Below, in pieces: positions 32,060 to 44,504 of a stretch of DNA of 45,286 nt (within the stretch, counting starts at the first letter, position 1; each line of letters begins with the position of its first letter). A program made the translations under genes and the position numbers. The notes beneath the pieces were generated by a model. The model saw only the letters and a list, made by a program, of their open reading frames with translations, ran no database searches and was not told the DNA's origin. The stretch is from assembly GCF_006345805.1 (NCBI RefSeq), contig NW_021834578.1, forward strand, positions 1-45,286, written 5' to 3'. The DNA is from Octopus sinensis (taxonomy: Eukaryota).

Positions 32060-32570
32060 GTTGAGTTTGACAGTGGAGATGACAAAGGATTGAGATGACT
32101 GGTGATTTGCTGTGCCCGAGAAGACCTCTCCATCTCAGCATAAATGAGAGCCCAAAATCAAATCCCTTATGCCTATAGCCTCAGCACCCAATCCGTCCTA
32201 AACCTGTCTCTTCCCTACAACACATCTAAATACCCACTCTAACATCACTCTTCTGACTAGAGCAAAACAGAACATATTTCATCCTCCACCATTTTGTGCT
32301 CCCACTCACCCTCCCCGACACCATTTACTCTGTTTCTTGCATCCTCAATATCATCTCTTACTTACCATTATATTTTCTGTTAAATGCCCCTTTCACTTCC
32401 AGTCTTCTCCTTCACACCCTCTCATTCCATCAATGGCAGCCCCCACTACTGATGTTCATCTCCCACTATTTCCACCCCTTTGTACCTCTGACCTTGTCTC
32501 TGGCACCTACCATCTCTCACCTACCACCCACACTCCACATCCATTTATGCTGCAACTTATCCCAAGCCTT
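32060..32570 (+). mobile_element. Old RTE-like ORF end with pyrimidine-rich 3' region
   Basis: LTVEMTKD*DDW*FAVPEKT resembles the RTE C-terminus. The downstream assignment is tentative. Confidence 0.4.
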
Positions 32571-32576
32571 AGGTGA

Positions 32577-32706
32577 AGGCGCATGGCTCAGCGGTTAGAG
32601 CGTTGAGCTTACGATCGTGAGGTTGTGAGCTCGAATCCCGGACCGGGCTGCGTGTTGTGTTCTTGAGCAAGGAACTTTATTTCACGTTGCTCCAGTTCAC
32701 TCAGTA
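32577..32706 (+). mobile_element. Truncated tRNA-derived SINE
   Basis: A box tggctcagcgg, B-box-like ctcgaatc, core ttcttgagcaagg. Confidence 0.75.
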
Positions 32707-32762
32707 GAAATACAAGTGAAAACCCAATTTAAAAAAGAGTAAAAAAACAGTGGAGTCCTCAC

Positions 32763-32940
32763 ATCAACTTTCATTTTTGGATGGGAGTTCATGTAGTCAA
32801 ACAGCTTCTTGTAGTTCTGATACTGCAGGTCCCATTCATTGGACTTGTCATACCGAAAGTCATCACCCAGAGGTATCAGTACAATGTTCTGTCGGTTTAG
32901 CTGAGATTTCTTGCGGTACTGATCGAGTAACATTTCAGCC
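32763..32940 (-). CDS. MAN2A1: Golgi alpha-mannosidase II (GH38) coding exon A
   Basis: Translates (R)[59 protein letters not shown], containing the GH38 acid/base motif LIPLGDDFR. Acceptor tttaccag, donor GTGAG, 178 nt, phase 2 to 0. Paralogue (MAN2A1 vs MAN2A2) cannot be resolved by eye. Confidence 0.93.
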
Positions 32941-33088
32941 CTGGTAAAGACAGAGAGAGACAAGCAGACACTCAGACAAACTGACACAAGAAAAATGGCA
33001 ACAGATTAATTAATCTTTTTTTTTATGTTCATATTTCCTTGCTAGTATGGCTTAGATGACTATATTACTGAGGCATTGTTTAAAATTA

Positions 33089-33307
33089 TGTTATGTGTAG
33101 TTTGTGTTCTAATGGGAAAGACAACCAAATGAAAACCATTGTTATTATTTACGTGTTTATTTTCTATTCAGGATACACGGACGACGACATTCAGCGTAGT
33201 AATACATTATATACTTTACACACAGTTGTACTGTTCACTAACAAAATAGTGCCAAGAGTGGGGATGTAGTTTGGCATACGCAAACACATAGATATGAATG
33301 TGTAACA
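33089..33307 (-). repeat. 3' LTR
   Basis: 219 bp. Preceded on the minus strand by the polypurine tract AAGAAGAAGGGA (33308-33319). Confidence 0.93.
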
Positions 33308-36300
33308 TCCCTTCTTCTTGAAAAAAATAAAAGGGGTCTTCTGGCAGTGAAGACAACTATGAGTAGTCTCCCTTGCTCTATGGATTGTCAGCCTGAGGTG
33401 GCAATCCTACAGCAGAAGTCGTGAGATTATTCTGCCTCTGCTTTGTAGTCTAACTGAATTAGATACCTCTCTTTTCATTTTCTTTTTTTTTTTTCTTTAA
33501 CGGTATCAAACCGGTGGCAGAATGTTCTTTCTCCATCTGGTGGATCTTCTGCTTTGCACCGGTGTCTGTTGTGTGTTGTTGGGCTGCTGATAGGTGGTTG
33601 GTGCCCGTTGGGGTGATGATTCTGTGGGTGTTGTCACTGATGCAGCAGGTGTTGTACACGTTGTCAGGTGTGGGTCTTCCTTAGTCTCTCGGCATTTGAC
33701 TAGTGTTCTCTTCACTGTCTGCACCTGTCTTTCTATAAACCCATGGCTTTTGGAGTAGTGTAGAGATGAAGTTGTAATATTGAACCCATACTCATCGGCT
33801 AGCTTTCTGAATTCTTGTGATGTGAACTGGGTTCCATTGTCACATATGATCTGCTCTGGTATTCCTTGCTCTGCTAGGAGTCCTCGAGCCACTGTAGTGA
33901 TTGTTTTGGCTGTCAGGTCTTTCACTTTTCTCACAAATGGAAATTTGGAGTAGTAGCAGGCCATTATTAAATACCATTCTTGGCCCTCTGTGAATAGATC
34001 TACTCCAATAGTTTGCCATGGCCTTCTTGGGATGTCACCGGATATCATTTCCTCCTTTTGTTGTGAGATTCTGTACTTTTGGCAGATGCGGCATGTAGAA
34101 ACTCTCTTTTCTATGTCTTTGTACATGCCTACCCAATATACTGCAGACTTGGCTCGGAGCTTGCATTTCTCCATTCCCAGCTGCCCTTGGTGGATCTTGT
34201 CAAGAATCTCTTTTTGCATTGACTTGGGTATAATTATTGGGGATCCAGCCATCAGGATTCCATTCTCCACTGATATATCATCATGGATGGCCCAATATTC
34301 ACGAATGAGGGGCTGCACCTGATGTCTCTTTTCTGGCCACCCCTGAATCACCATCTGTGTAAGGAGCTGAAGTTCTTCATCTTTGCTGGTCTCCTCTCTG
34401 ATTTGTTCCAGCTTTGTGTTTGTCACATTTACAATGTGGTGGACCTTTATGCTTAGTCCTTCCATCTCCTGTTTATCATGTGAGGATAGTCTGGAAAGAG
34501 CATCCGCCAATATCAGGTCTTTTCCTGGCTTGAACCTGATATCGTAGTCGTATGTTTGAAGCCTTAACAGTAATCTTTGCAGTCTGGCTGGTGCTTTCAT
34601 GAGATTTTTTCTATGTATTTGTTCTAGCGGGCGATGGTCTGTTTCTATATTGAAGTGTCTGCCATACAGGTATGTATGGAACTTTTCACATCCATATACT
34701 ACTGCCAGGAGTTCATTTCAATATTTGCGTACCTTGTCTCTGTGGGTGAGAGAGCTTTCGAGGCATATGCAATGGGTTTGCCTTCCTGTATCAGTGCTGC
34801 ACCAACTCCTCTCATAGAAGCATCGACTTGGAGTGTTACTGGTTTGCGTCTGTCATAGTATTGCAGAGTTGTCTCTTTACTGATGAGCTTTTTGATTGCT
34901 TTGAAATCCTGTGTGTGTGAAGCACACCAATCAAACTCTACGTCATCTTTGTTTAGTTCTCGGAGATTTGCAGTGTGATCGGCCAGCTTGGGTATGAAGG
35001 CTCCCATGTAGTGGATGAGTCCCAGGAAGCTCCTGATTTCCTTCTTGTCTAGGATCTTTAATATCTCTGATGGCTTCGACTTTAGCGGGGTCTGGCTTAA
35101 CTCCCTCTGCAGAGTATATAATTCCAAAGAATTTGTACTCCTTTTCTTTTATTATACACTTGTCTGCATTGAGTTTGATGCCTGCTTGTCGGGTTTTCTC
35201 CATAGCTTCATGTAAATTGAAGTCATGTGTGGTCTCATCCTTGCCATGCACTTGGATGTCATCTGCTATTCCAATTGCTCCCTTGCAGCCTTGGTATGTC
35301 TCATTTGGCGCTGGAAAACATCTTGGCTCACCTTCAATCCAAATGGGAGTCGGTTGAACCGATATCTGCCAAATGGTGTGTTGAAGGTAGTGAGCTTGGA
35401 TGACTCTTTGTCTATTTTTATATTCCAGTACCCATTACTGGCATCCAGCTTGCTGAATATTTTGGATCCAGCCAATGATGGTGTGATTTCTTCAAGGGTT
35501 GGAATTGGATGGTACTTCCTTTTTAATGCCTTGTTCAAGTCCCTTGGGTCGAGGCATATCCGTAGGGTACCATTGGGTTTTTCCTTGATCACAATTGAAT
35601 TTACCCAGTCTGTTGGTCGTGTCACTTTGGTGATTATTTCCTTTTTTTCCATTTTGTCCAACTCTGTCTTCAGCTTCTCTTTTAGTTCTAGAGGGACGCG
35701 GTGAGGTGGGTGAACAATTGGTTTGATATTGGGGTCGACTGTTATATGAAAATCGACATTTCACAAAGCACCCGACTGTATCGTCAAAGCATTCAGGGCA
35801 CATGCTTATCAGTTCCTCTTTGTTTGTGATTGGCGGTCAGTCTTTGATAGGCATATCACTGTCAATCCTGCTCGGAGCTGCTTTCACTTCAGCATTGATT
35901 GATACAATCTTTAGCTTTTTGCAGGTATTGAGTCCAAGAATTGCTGGCCCTTCTGTTCTTGTGACATAAAAAGAACACTTAATTATTTTTCCTTTGTGTG
36001 TCCCTGCGATAGTTGTTTTACCCAGTTGTGGAATCCTGGTTCCTCCATACGCAGTGAGGATTACATCACTTGGTGTGAGGATTCCTTGTTTGACTTTATC
36101 CTCTTTTGTTATGTGTTCTGGGAACATCTTTTTGTCGAGGTTGACAGGTAAGATATTACTCTGGGCTCCAGTGTCAATCTTTAGTCTTAAGTCAATGTTT
36201 ATTCTTTTCTTGCCAGCCTTCTTTTGTATTCTTATTGTCGTGTATGCCTCATCTTTCTTCCGGTCGTCCTTTCCCATCTCATGCACATTTATTGTGCCAA

Positions 36301-37252
36301 CTGCCAAGAATTCCTCCTCTGAGGTGTTTTGTTCCTGTTGTTGTGCATGTATATCTCTTCTGTTTCTGCTCCTCTTTGAAAATTGGGGCTTGTATCTCTG
36401 GGATTTCGTTATCCTACACATTTTCTCCCAGTGGTTCAGTTTTCCACATGCTTTGCAGTGTGTACCGAATGCAGGACATTTTTTTTCGGTTATTAAATTC
36501 ATGCTCTGTACCACAGTACTGGCATGTTCTTTGTTTGTGGGTATGTGTCCTGTGCCTAGATACAACATCTACACTGCTACCAAGTGAGCTTGTTTGTAAG
36601 CTAAGTGAGACCATCTGTTTGGCAGTGGCTTCGAATGCTCTTGCAGTGTCTACTGCTTCTACCAACTGGAGAGCGTCCTTACCTATTAGTGATTTTTGTA
36701 CTTCTTTGTGGGCACACCCCCATATTAATTGGTCTACAATTCTCTCCTCCCTGTCTTTGAATTTGCATTTCTCTGCAACATTTTTCAGTCTTGATAGGAA
36801 ATTGTCAATTGTTTCTTGTGGGTCTTGTTTCAGGCCCTGGAATTCGTATCTGTGAATTCTATGGTTCGACCTGGGCTCTAGGTCCCTTTCAAATTTTTCA
36901 AGAAGTGTATCTGGGTTATTGCAGTCGGATTCTGACATATCCCAGCTATTGTTTAGGTCTATTCCTTTATTACCTGACCATAAAAGGATATAGCTTACCT
37001 TTTCATCGTCAGTAGTGCCTTTCAGGAAACTTTTGAAAGCTAGTTGAGCTTTTTGTTTGAGTTTTTTAAATGCTTCTACGACATCACTGGAATCCCAGTT
37101 CATAATCGGATGTAGATTCATCTGTACAGCGACGGGGGTCGCCATCTTGGATCGTCGTGTATTTTGTCCGAAGACGAAGCGATGTTTTGTTTGTTGATTT
37201 CCTGGGTCGTTGTGTTTCTGTTTTGTTTTAAAGGCACAGTTCCCGATTATTT

Positions 37253-37265
37253 ACCGCTGCCACCA
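37253..37265 (-). promoter_or_regulatory. Primer binding site, tRNA-Leu type
   Basis: TGGTGGCAGCGGT is complementary to the ...ACCGCTGCCA-CCA 3' end of metazoan tRNA-Leu(AAG/UAG). Confidence 0.8.
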
Positions 37266-37483
37266 TGTTATGTGTAGTTTGTGTTCTAATGGGATAGACA
37301 ACCAACTGAAAGCCATTGTTATATTTATGTGTTCATTATCTTTACATGTTACATGGACGACGACATTCAGCGTAGTAATACATTATATACTTTACACACA
37401 GTTGTACTGTTCACTAACAAAATAGTGCCAAGAGTGGGGATGTAGTTTGGCATACGCAAACACATAGATATGAATGTGTAACA
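37266..37483 (-). repeat. 5' LTR
   Basis: 218 bp, followed on the minus strand by the PBS. Confidence 0.93.
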
Positions 37484-37714
37484 AATTAGACACCCTTCCT
37501 ATTGCTGATAATTCTTAACTGTTTCTCAAGTAAAGGATCTTTTGCTTCACACATTTTGAAAGTACAGTCATCACTTGAAACTCAGAGATTTGTAGAGAAG
37601 ACATTTGCCCACAGTGCCACGTAATAGAATTGAAATCAAAAGGCATGTAGTTACAAAATGAACTTCAAACCACATGGTTATGCTAGTTTGGGTCTAGGTG
37701 GCATGGATATTCTA

Positions 37715-38295
37715 CAGGCAGAGAAATGGTGTGGATAAGGTGATTGAAGTAGTCAGGGTATGTGATAGAATTATTACGCTAAGAATAACCTTGTTCAATA
37801 ACAATGAATCTCTTCCATGGACTGCCTCAACAACAAAAGATGACAAAGTTCTCATGGTGGCAGGGGACTTCAATGGTCATGTTGGAAGACACCCTGATGG
37901 ATTCCAGGGTGTGCATGGGGCTTTGGCTCAAGAAATGAGGAGGGTGGGGAACAAGGCTACTGGGATTCTGTGATGCTCATGGCTTACTGGTCTGCAACAC
38001 CAACTTCAGGAAACTGGCCAATCTTCTGGTAGACACACCAGCCAGATTGATTACATCTTCACCAGACACAATGACAGGTGTATTCTCATAAATGTAAAAT
38101 CTTACCCAAGTGAAGAATGTACAACTCAACATAAGCGAGTGGTTAGTGATTTCAGACTTAGGGCCAGAAGGATCCAAAGACACAAGCTAATATGGAAAAG
38201 GAGGTTATGGAATGTCAAGTATCCTTCAAATGGGCAGGGATTTAGTGATGTTCTTAATGAAACCTTTGATGAGAAGGAAACAGGAATAGAGACAT
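37715..38295 (+). mobile_element. Old RTE APE fragment
   Basis: VDKVIEVVRVCDRI, AGDFNGHVG, SQIDYI. Confidence 0.8.
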
Positions 38296-38299
38296 ATTC

Positions 38300-41200
38300 T
38301 TTCACTCATGAAAATTTATCACACCTTCACATAGTCTTTCGTTTCTAATTTCATCTCTAATCTTATCTTTCTCCAAATCCAGGAATCATTCCACTCGCGT
38401 GTTCTGACCCCCCACCCACTGGCTCACCTATCGGCCTTCCTTCTGTCTATCTAATTCCTACATTATATGCCGATAGATATCTATCGGCCTTTTTCTGTCT
38501 CTTAATTCCTAGCCCATGGTTGCCAGTTCGCGGCAGTAGGCCTGCCCCCACCTCTCCACCTGTACTGGAAGTCCCCATCTCGTCTTCCTTTGCCTGTCTC
38601 CCATGAACACCTAAAGGCCTTACGCCAACCCCACCCCTACTATATAAGGTAGTGATCATACAGTGCAAAACATGATAGTTTAGTGTAAGCAGGTTGAACT
38701 TAAGATCATTGTTTGCTTATGAATTCTGCCAAATGCGAGCTCTCTTTTTAGGTACATGACGCCACTGTCCTCCGTCCCAGGGTCTCTAGGGCCCATACCT
38801 CCCACACCCTCAGGGTTGGTACTCTCAACGTCGGCACACTGATGGATAGAGATTTAGAGACATATTTCTCAAAGCCTTTGACGAAATAGAAGGGGATATA
38901 GCTTCACATGGTATAGAAGAAAACTGGAGGTTCCTACAGGACAACCTGCTAAGGGCCACCGACCAGATCTGTGGATGGTGCAAAGTACCCTCCCAACCCA
39001 AAATAACGTGGTGGTGGAACAATGTTGTAGACAGGGCTATTAGACAAAAGAAACAGGCTTGGAAGGACTGGAAGAACAGTGGTAGAAGGGAATTGTATCA
39101 GACTGCCAGAAGGGAAGCTAGGAGGCAGGTTTATTTAACCAGAGGGGAAGCAGATAAGAAAAAATTTGCCAATGTTCTGCGCCGTGAGGATGAAAGACTT
39201 GAGGTATTTCGTGTTGCAAGACAGTGTGTGAGAGTGAATCGTGATGTGGTAGGAGAGAAATGTGTTCGCAAGGATGACGGTTCACTTGCGCTAAATGAGG
39301 ATGCAAAGAGAGAGGTTTGGAGACACCATTATGAAAGGTTGCTGAAATGAATGGGATAAAGAGAGTCTGCCGAATGTCGACCCAACAGAGGGACCAGCTA
39401 TCCGAGTTGACAGTTCCTTGGTAGTTAAGGCAATTAGAAGCATGAAGACAGGGAAAGCCCCGGGCCCATCAGGAATTATTGCAGAGATGCTTAAAATATC
39501 TGATAGTGTCAGCTATAGCCTAGTCACCCGTGTAGTTAACCAGGTGATACACGAAGGAGTCATTCCCAATGACTGGTGTAGCAGCATAATAGTCAACTGC
39601 TACAAAGGTAAAGGTGACGCCCTAGATACAAATAACTACAGGGGTATCAAGCTGCTGGATCAGGTAATGAAGGTTACGGAGAGGGTTATAGCCCAATTAA
39701 TTAGAGAGAGAGTTAGCTTAGATGAGATGCAGTTTGGGTTCGTGCCAGGGAAAAGTACTACTGATGCTATATTCCTGGTAAGACAGCTGCAGGAGAAATA
39801 CCTAGCCAAAGATAAACCCCTATACCTGGCTTTCGTTGACATGGAGAAAGCCTTTGATAGGGTCCCCTGATCCCTTATCTGATGGTCATTGAGGAAACTA
39901 GGGATAGATGAATGGTTAGTGAGAGCTGTGCGAGCCATGTACAGGGACGCTGTCAGTAAGGTGAGGGCTGGCAACGAGTACACTGAAGAATTCAGCCCCC
40001 TCCTATTTATCATAGTCCTCCAGGCAATAACAGAGGAATTCAAGACAGGATGCCCCTGGGAGCTCCTCTATGCTGATGACCTTGCTCTAATTGCTGAGTC
40101 ACTATCAGAACTTGAGGAGAAGTTTCAAGTGTGGAAACAAGGATTAGAATCGAAGGGCCTTAGAGTCAACCTAGCTAAAACCAAAGTCCTAATAAGTAGG
40201 AAGGTAGACCAATCACAAATGCCTTCAGGTAGATGGCCCTGCTCAATCTGTAGGAAAGGTGTAGGTAGAAACTCTATAAGATGCACCAAGTGTAAGCTAT
40301 GGACACATAAGAGGTGCAGCAATGTCAAAGGTAGGCTAACTGGGAAGATAGCTTTTGTATGTGGCAGATGCTCAGGAGTAATAAACACTGAAAATGCGCA
40401 GAGAACAACTTCCGCCAGGGAGAAAAACTAGAAGTAGTTGATAGCCTCTGTTACCTAGGTGACTAAGTCAGAAGTGGGGGAGGGTGCGCTGAAAGTATAG
40501 CTGCTAGAATAAGAATATCTTGGTCAAAGTACAGAGAACTCTTACCTCTGCTGGTGACTAAAGGCCTCTCGCTCAGAGTAAAAGGCAGACTGTATGATGC
40601 ATGTGTACGTACAGCCATGCTACATGGCAGTGAAACATGGGCCGTGACTGCTGAGGACATGCGTAAGCTTGCAAGGAATGAAGCCAGTATGATCTGATGG
40701 ATGTGTAATGTCAATATGCATACTCGACAAAGTGTAAGTACCTTGAGAGAAAAGTTGGACCTAAGAAGCATCAGATGTGGTGTGCAAGAGAGACAACTGC
40801 GCTGGTATGGTCATGTGGCGAGAATGGATGAGATTAGCTGTATGAAAAAGTGCCACACCCTAGTGGTTGAGGGAACCTGTGGGAGAGGTAGACCCGGGGA
40901 GAAAGTGATGAAGCATGACCTTCGGACTTTAGGCCTTACCGAAGCAATGACTAGTGACCAAGACTTTTGGAAATATGCTGTGCTCAAGAAGACCCGGCAA
41001 GCCAAATGAGACCATAACCTCGTGGCCTATGCCAGGGGCGTAACCAGCCCACTTATGTGTACCTTTTCTTTCTTTGGACACTAAACTCTGCTGGCGAAGA
41101 CCTCTTGAGACAAGTGAAATCAAAATCAATTTCAATGACTGGCATCCGTGCTAGCAGGGTGCAAAGAGCACCATATGAGTGTGATCGTTGCCAGAGCGGC

Positions 41201-41527
41201 TAACTGGCTTCTGTGCCGGTGGCACGTGAAAGGCACCATTCAAGCGTGATCATTACCAGCATCGCCTTACTGGCACTTGTGCCAGTGGCATGTGTAAAAA
41301 GATTCGAGCAAAGTTGTTGCCAGTACTGCCTGACTGACCCCCATGCCAGTGGCACGTAAAAAGCACCCACAACACTCTTGGAGTGGTTGGTGTTAGGAAG
41401 GGCATCCAGCTGTAGAAGCTCTGTAGAAATGCTGTAGATATGGTGCAGCCATCTGGTTCGCCAGCCCTCAGTCAAATAGTCCAACCCATGCTAGCATGGA
41501 AAGCAGACGTTAAACGATGATGATGAT
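38300..41527 (+). mobile_element. RTE LINE with 5' leader, APE largely deleted, RT disrupted
   Basis: Leader homologous to 42350-42900. The sequence jumps from GTLNVGTL (~38840) to the post-APE region, then RT pieces, 3'UTR and (GAT)n. Confidence 0.9.
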
Positions 41528-41559
41528 ATATATATACAAATATATGCATGTGTGTGTGT

Positions 41560-41945
41560 GTATGAGTGGATGCGTGGTAAGTAGCTTGTTTACGAACCAC
41601 ATGGTTCCGGGTTCAGTCCCACTGCGTGGCACCTTGGGAAAGTGTCTTCTGCTATAGCCTCGGGCCAACCAAAGCCATGTGAGTGGATTTGGTAGACGGA
41701 AACTGAAAGAAGCCCGTCGTATATATGTATATATATATGTGTATGTTTGTGTGTTGTGTTTGCCCCCCTCACCCAACATCGCTTGACAACCGATGTTGGT
41801 GTGTTTACGTCCCCGTAACTTAGCGGTTCGGCTAAGACTGATAGAATAAGTACTAGGCTTACAAAGAATAAGTCCTGAGGTCGATTTCCTCGACTAAAGG
41901 CGGTGCTCCAGCATGGCCACAGTCAAATGACTGAAACAAATGAAT
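41560..41945 (+). mobile_element. tRNA-derived SINE (second family)
   Basis: Matches 2197-2597 in reverse. Confidence 0.8.
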
Positions 41946-42169
41946 GAATAAAAAATATATATTCTGTGATTTGTAACCTCAACACAGGAGAGTCTCTTTT
42001 TCAAGGATGGACTTTATGAAATTTTACTCATCATACATTGAAGGACAAATCTTTCAATTTACAATTTAATATAGTGGAACATTTAGTATATGCGTGTGTG
42101 ACAAAACACGGATTTCAGAAAAATGACCAGCTAAGCGATTTTAACTTTCAACCTCATCCATTCATATTT

Positions 42170-43592
42170 TTATGCGTAGATTCGTAACCCTAACCCCTTC
42201 CCCTCGTTCTCTATTATCTATTTCTCTATCTTGTAAACATGGCACCGATAGCTTCCTGTCTGTCTTAAGATCTTGCATTTTTCTATTCCTCTTTTATTTC
42301 AGGTTTATCCCTTCGTTATTCCATTCTCCCGAATTCCCTACAAAAATATTCTTTCTTCCTTAACGTCTGACCACCTAAGGCTCTGACCCCACCCCCCTCT
42401 GACCCACTGTCTCTCTCTTTCGACTTAGCACTGCGGTTTCCATTCAATTAAATTATGTTTTCCTCAAATCCCAAAGTTTCAACTTTCAACTCTATCTCAC
42501 GATTTCGGCATTGGCTGTTTCAGTAATTTTTGTTGCAGAGAATTCCCTACGAATAATCTTCTCCCTTGTGTCTGTCCCTCAACCTCGTTGCTCCTTCGCA
42601 GTGCGCCCGCCCGCCCTCCCACCCCCTCCACCAATACCGGAAGTTTCTACCTCTGTCTTACATGGCTATCCCCCCCACGAATACCCCCACCGGCACCCCT
42701 ATGTAGGGTTTATTGTGATCATATAGCGCAAAAACTGTGAAATGTATGCAGGTTGTAGTCTAGAGTCTCAGTATGAAATCTGGCAAATGCAAGCTTTCTT
42801 TTCAGGTACATGACACGGCTGTCCCTCATCCCAGGGTCTCAGAGGCCCACACCTCCCACGCCCTCAGAGTTGGCACACTCAATGTTGGCACATTGAAAGG
42901 TAGGTGTGGAGAGCTGCTTGAACGGAGACGTGTGGATTTATGCTGCATCCAAGAAGTAAAGGTGGAGAGGAGGTTCCTCACAGACAAGGAACACAGGTAC
43001 AAGATTTTCTGGGCAGGGAACACTGACGGGGTCGGGGGCGTGGGTATGCTTCTTGCAGAGAAATGGGTAGATAAGGTAATCGAGGTAGTCAGAGTAAGTG
43101 ACAGAGTACTTAAGATTAGATTAGTGCTTCACCATAGGTCAGCTACCATCATCTCGGCATATGCCCCTCAACCAGGACTACCGGAAGGACAGAAAGACCA
43201 ATTCTATGACACCCTATTGCGGACTACCTCGTTGACAAATGACAGTGACCTTCTCTTTGTGGCAGGTGATTTCAATGGACATGTCGGACGGCATGTCGGG
43301 GGCTTCCATGGCGTTCATGGAGGTTACGGTTTTGGCTCTCGCAATGAGGAGGGAACCAGGCTGCTGGAGTTCTGCGATGCAAATGACCTTATGATTTGCA
43401 ATACCAGCTTCAGGAAACCCCCTCTCACCTAGTCACCTACCGTTCTGGCAGACACACTAGCCAGATTGACTACATCCTAGCCAGAAAGCGGGAAAGGGGC
43501 TGCTTATAAATGCCAAAACCTTCCCAGGCGAAGAATGTACTCCTCAAATATATTAGTAGTTAACGACTTCAGGATCAGAGCTAAATACATGC
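42170..43592 (+). mobile_element. RTE LINE 5' portion (leader + APE endonuclease)
   Basis: ORF 42773-43432: LRVGTLNVGTL, CCIQE, GVG..L, SAYAPQ, GDFNGH. The left boundary is approximate. Confidence 0.9.
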
Positions 43593-43594
43593 AC

Positions 43595-44500
43595 CAGAAT
43601 TCTGTATGGTGTTATCCATATAAATCCGTGGGGTGATTATAATCAAAATAAGCAACAAGAATGACTCCGGAAATTTGGTATGATCGTTTCGTACTACATC
43701 ATTTTATTAAATGTTGTAAGTATTACAACAGTTTTTAAAATACTGAGCACTCATCAGCCAATTATAGAGGTTTTCCATTAATACAAAAATTTTAATATCA
43801 AGTGGCAACATTATGGAGAAGGTAGATACATAGACAAAGATGTGGATTTAAATTTTAAGAACATTTGAGGTAGTGGAGCCCATCAACTGAATGACTAAGA
43901 TTCAGTTGTTCCAGACTGCTGAAAGGTTGTGAGGGAAGACAAATGAAAGGAGACAAAGATTTTCTATTTATAGAAATGGATAAAGGGGATGTCAGAGCTC
44001 TAAAAGGAATTCATGTTGAAGACAGCAATTACCACTACCAAATGCCAATTACTACTATTTGATGAACAGATTTGGCATTAGGAGAACTAGGTCAATGTCA
44101 AGTGGTCACAATAATATTCACAGAGAATGCGGAGACCTTACAAACCCTATGCACATCATCACAACAGTTGGTCTATAATTCCGAGTACATTGACACGTTA
44201 GAATAAAGGAAAAATATAAATCTAAAATTTATTCAATTATGAGTAGGCATAGTACTTATTAACTGGGGGGAAAACCTTATAATCAAGTGAACATATTAGG
44301 GGTCAAAATATATACTAAGAAAGATGAAGAAGAAAAATCAAGAGAAGAAATTCGTAGGTTTAGTAGAAGTGATTTAATAATATGAAGAGAGGTAATTTAG
44401 AAGAGTAAATTATTCAGATTTCATGGATAGTGAGTTGATATTATGAATTAAAAATAGGATCTATTGGAAATAAAATTTGCTACCTGAGGATAAGGTTAAT
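43595..44500 (-). mobile_element. Probable degenerate Penelope-like element
   Basis: AT-rich insert separating the RTE halves, with a hammerhead near its minus-strand 3' end. No intact ORF. Confidence 0.5.
43675..43761 (-). ncRNA. Type I hammerhead motif
   Basis: uugg CUGAUGA GUGCU ...long loop... AGUAC GAAA CGAUCA UA ccaa. Confidence 0.72.
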
Positions 44501-44504
44501 TAGT

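Larger units (their letters stand above)
33089..37483 (-). mobile_element. Ty3/Gypsy LTR retrotransposon (Mag-like), frameshifted and internally deleted
   Basis: TG...CA LTRs with a 5-bp TSD AATTA. gag with Zn knuckles, protease IDTGAQ, RT TTFNTPFGRYRFNRLPFGL, RNase H DAS...YAS, integrase CxxC and DNGTQF, in PR-RT-RH-IN order. Confidence 0.95.

Noticed and set aside
35994-36855. Long plus-strand ORFs (197 and 206 aa on opposite or shifted frames of gag-pro)
   Set aside because: Shadow frames of the Gypsy coding region.
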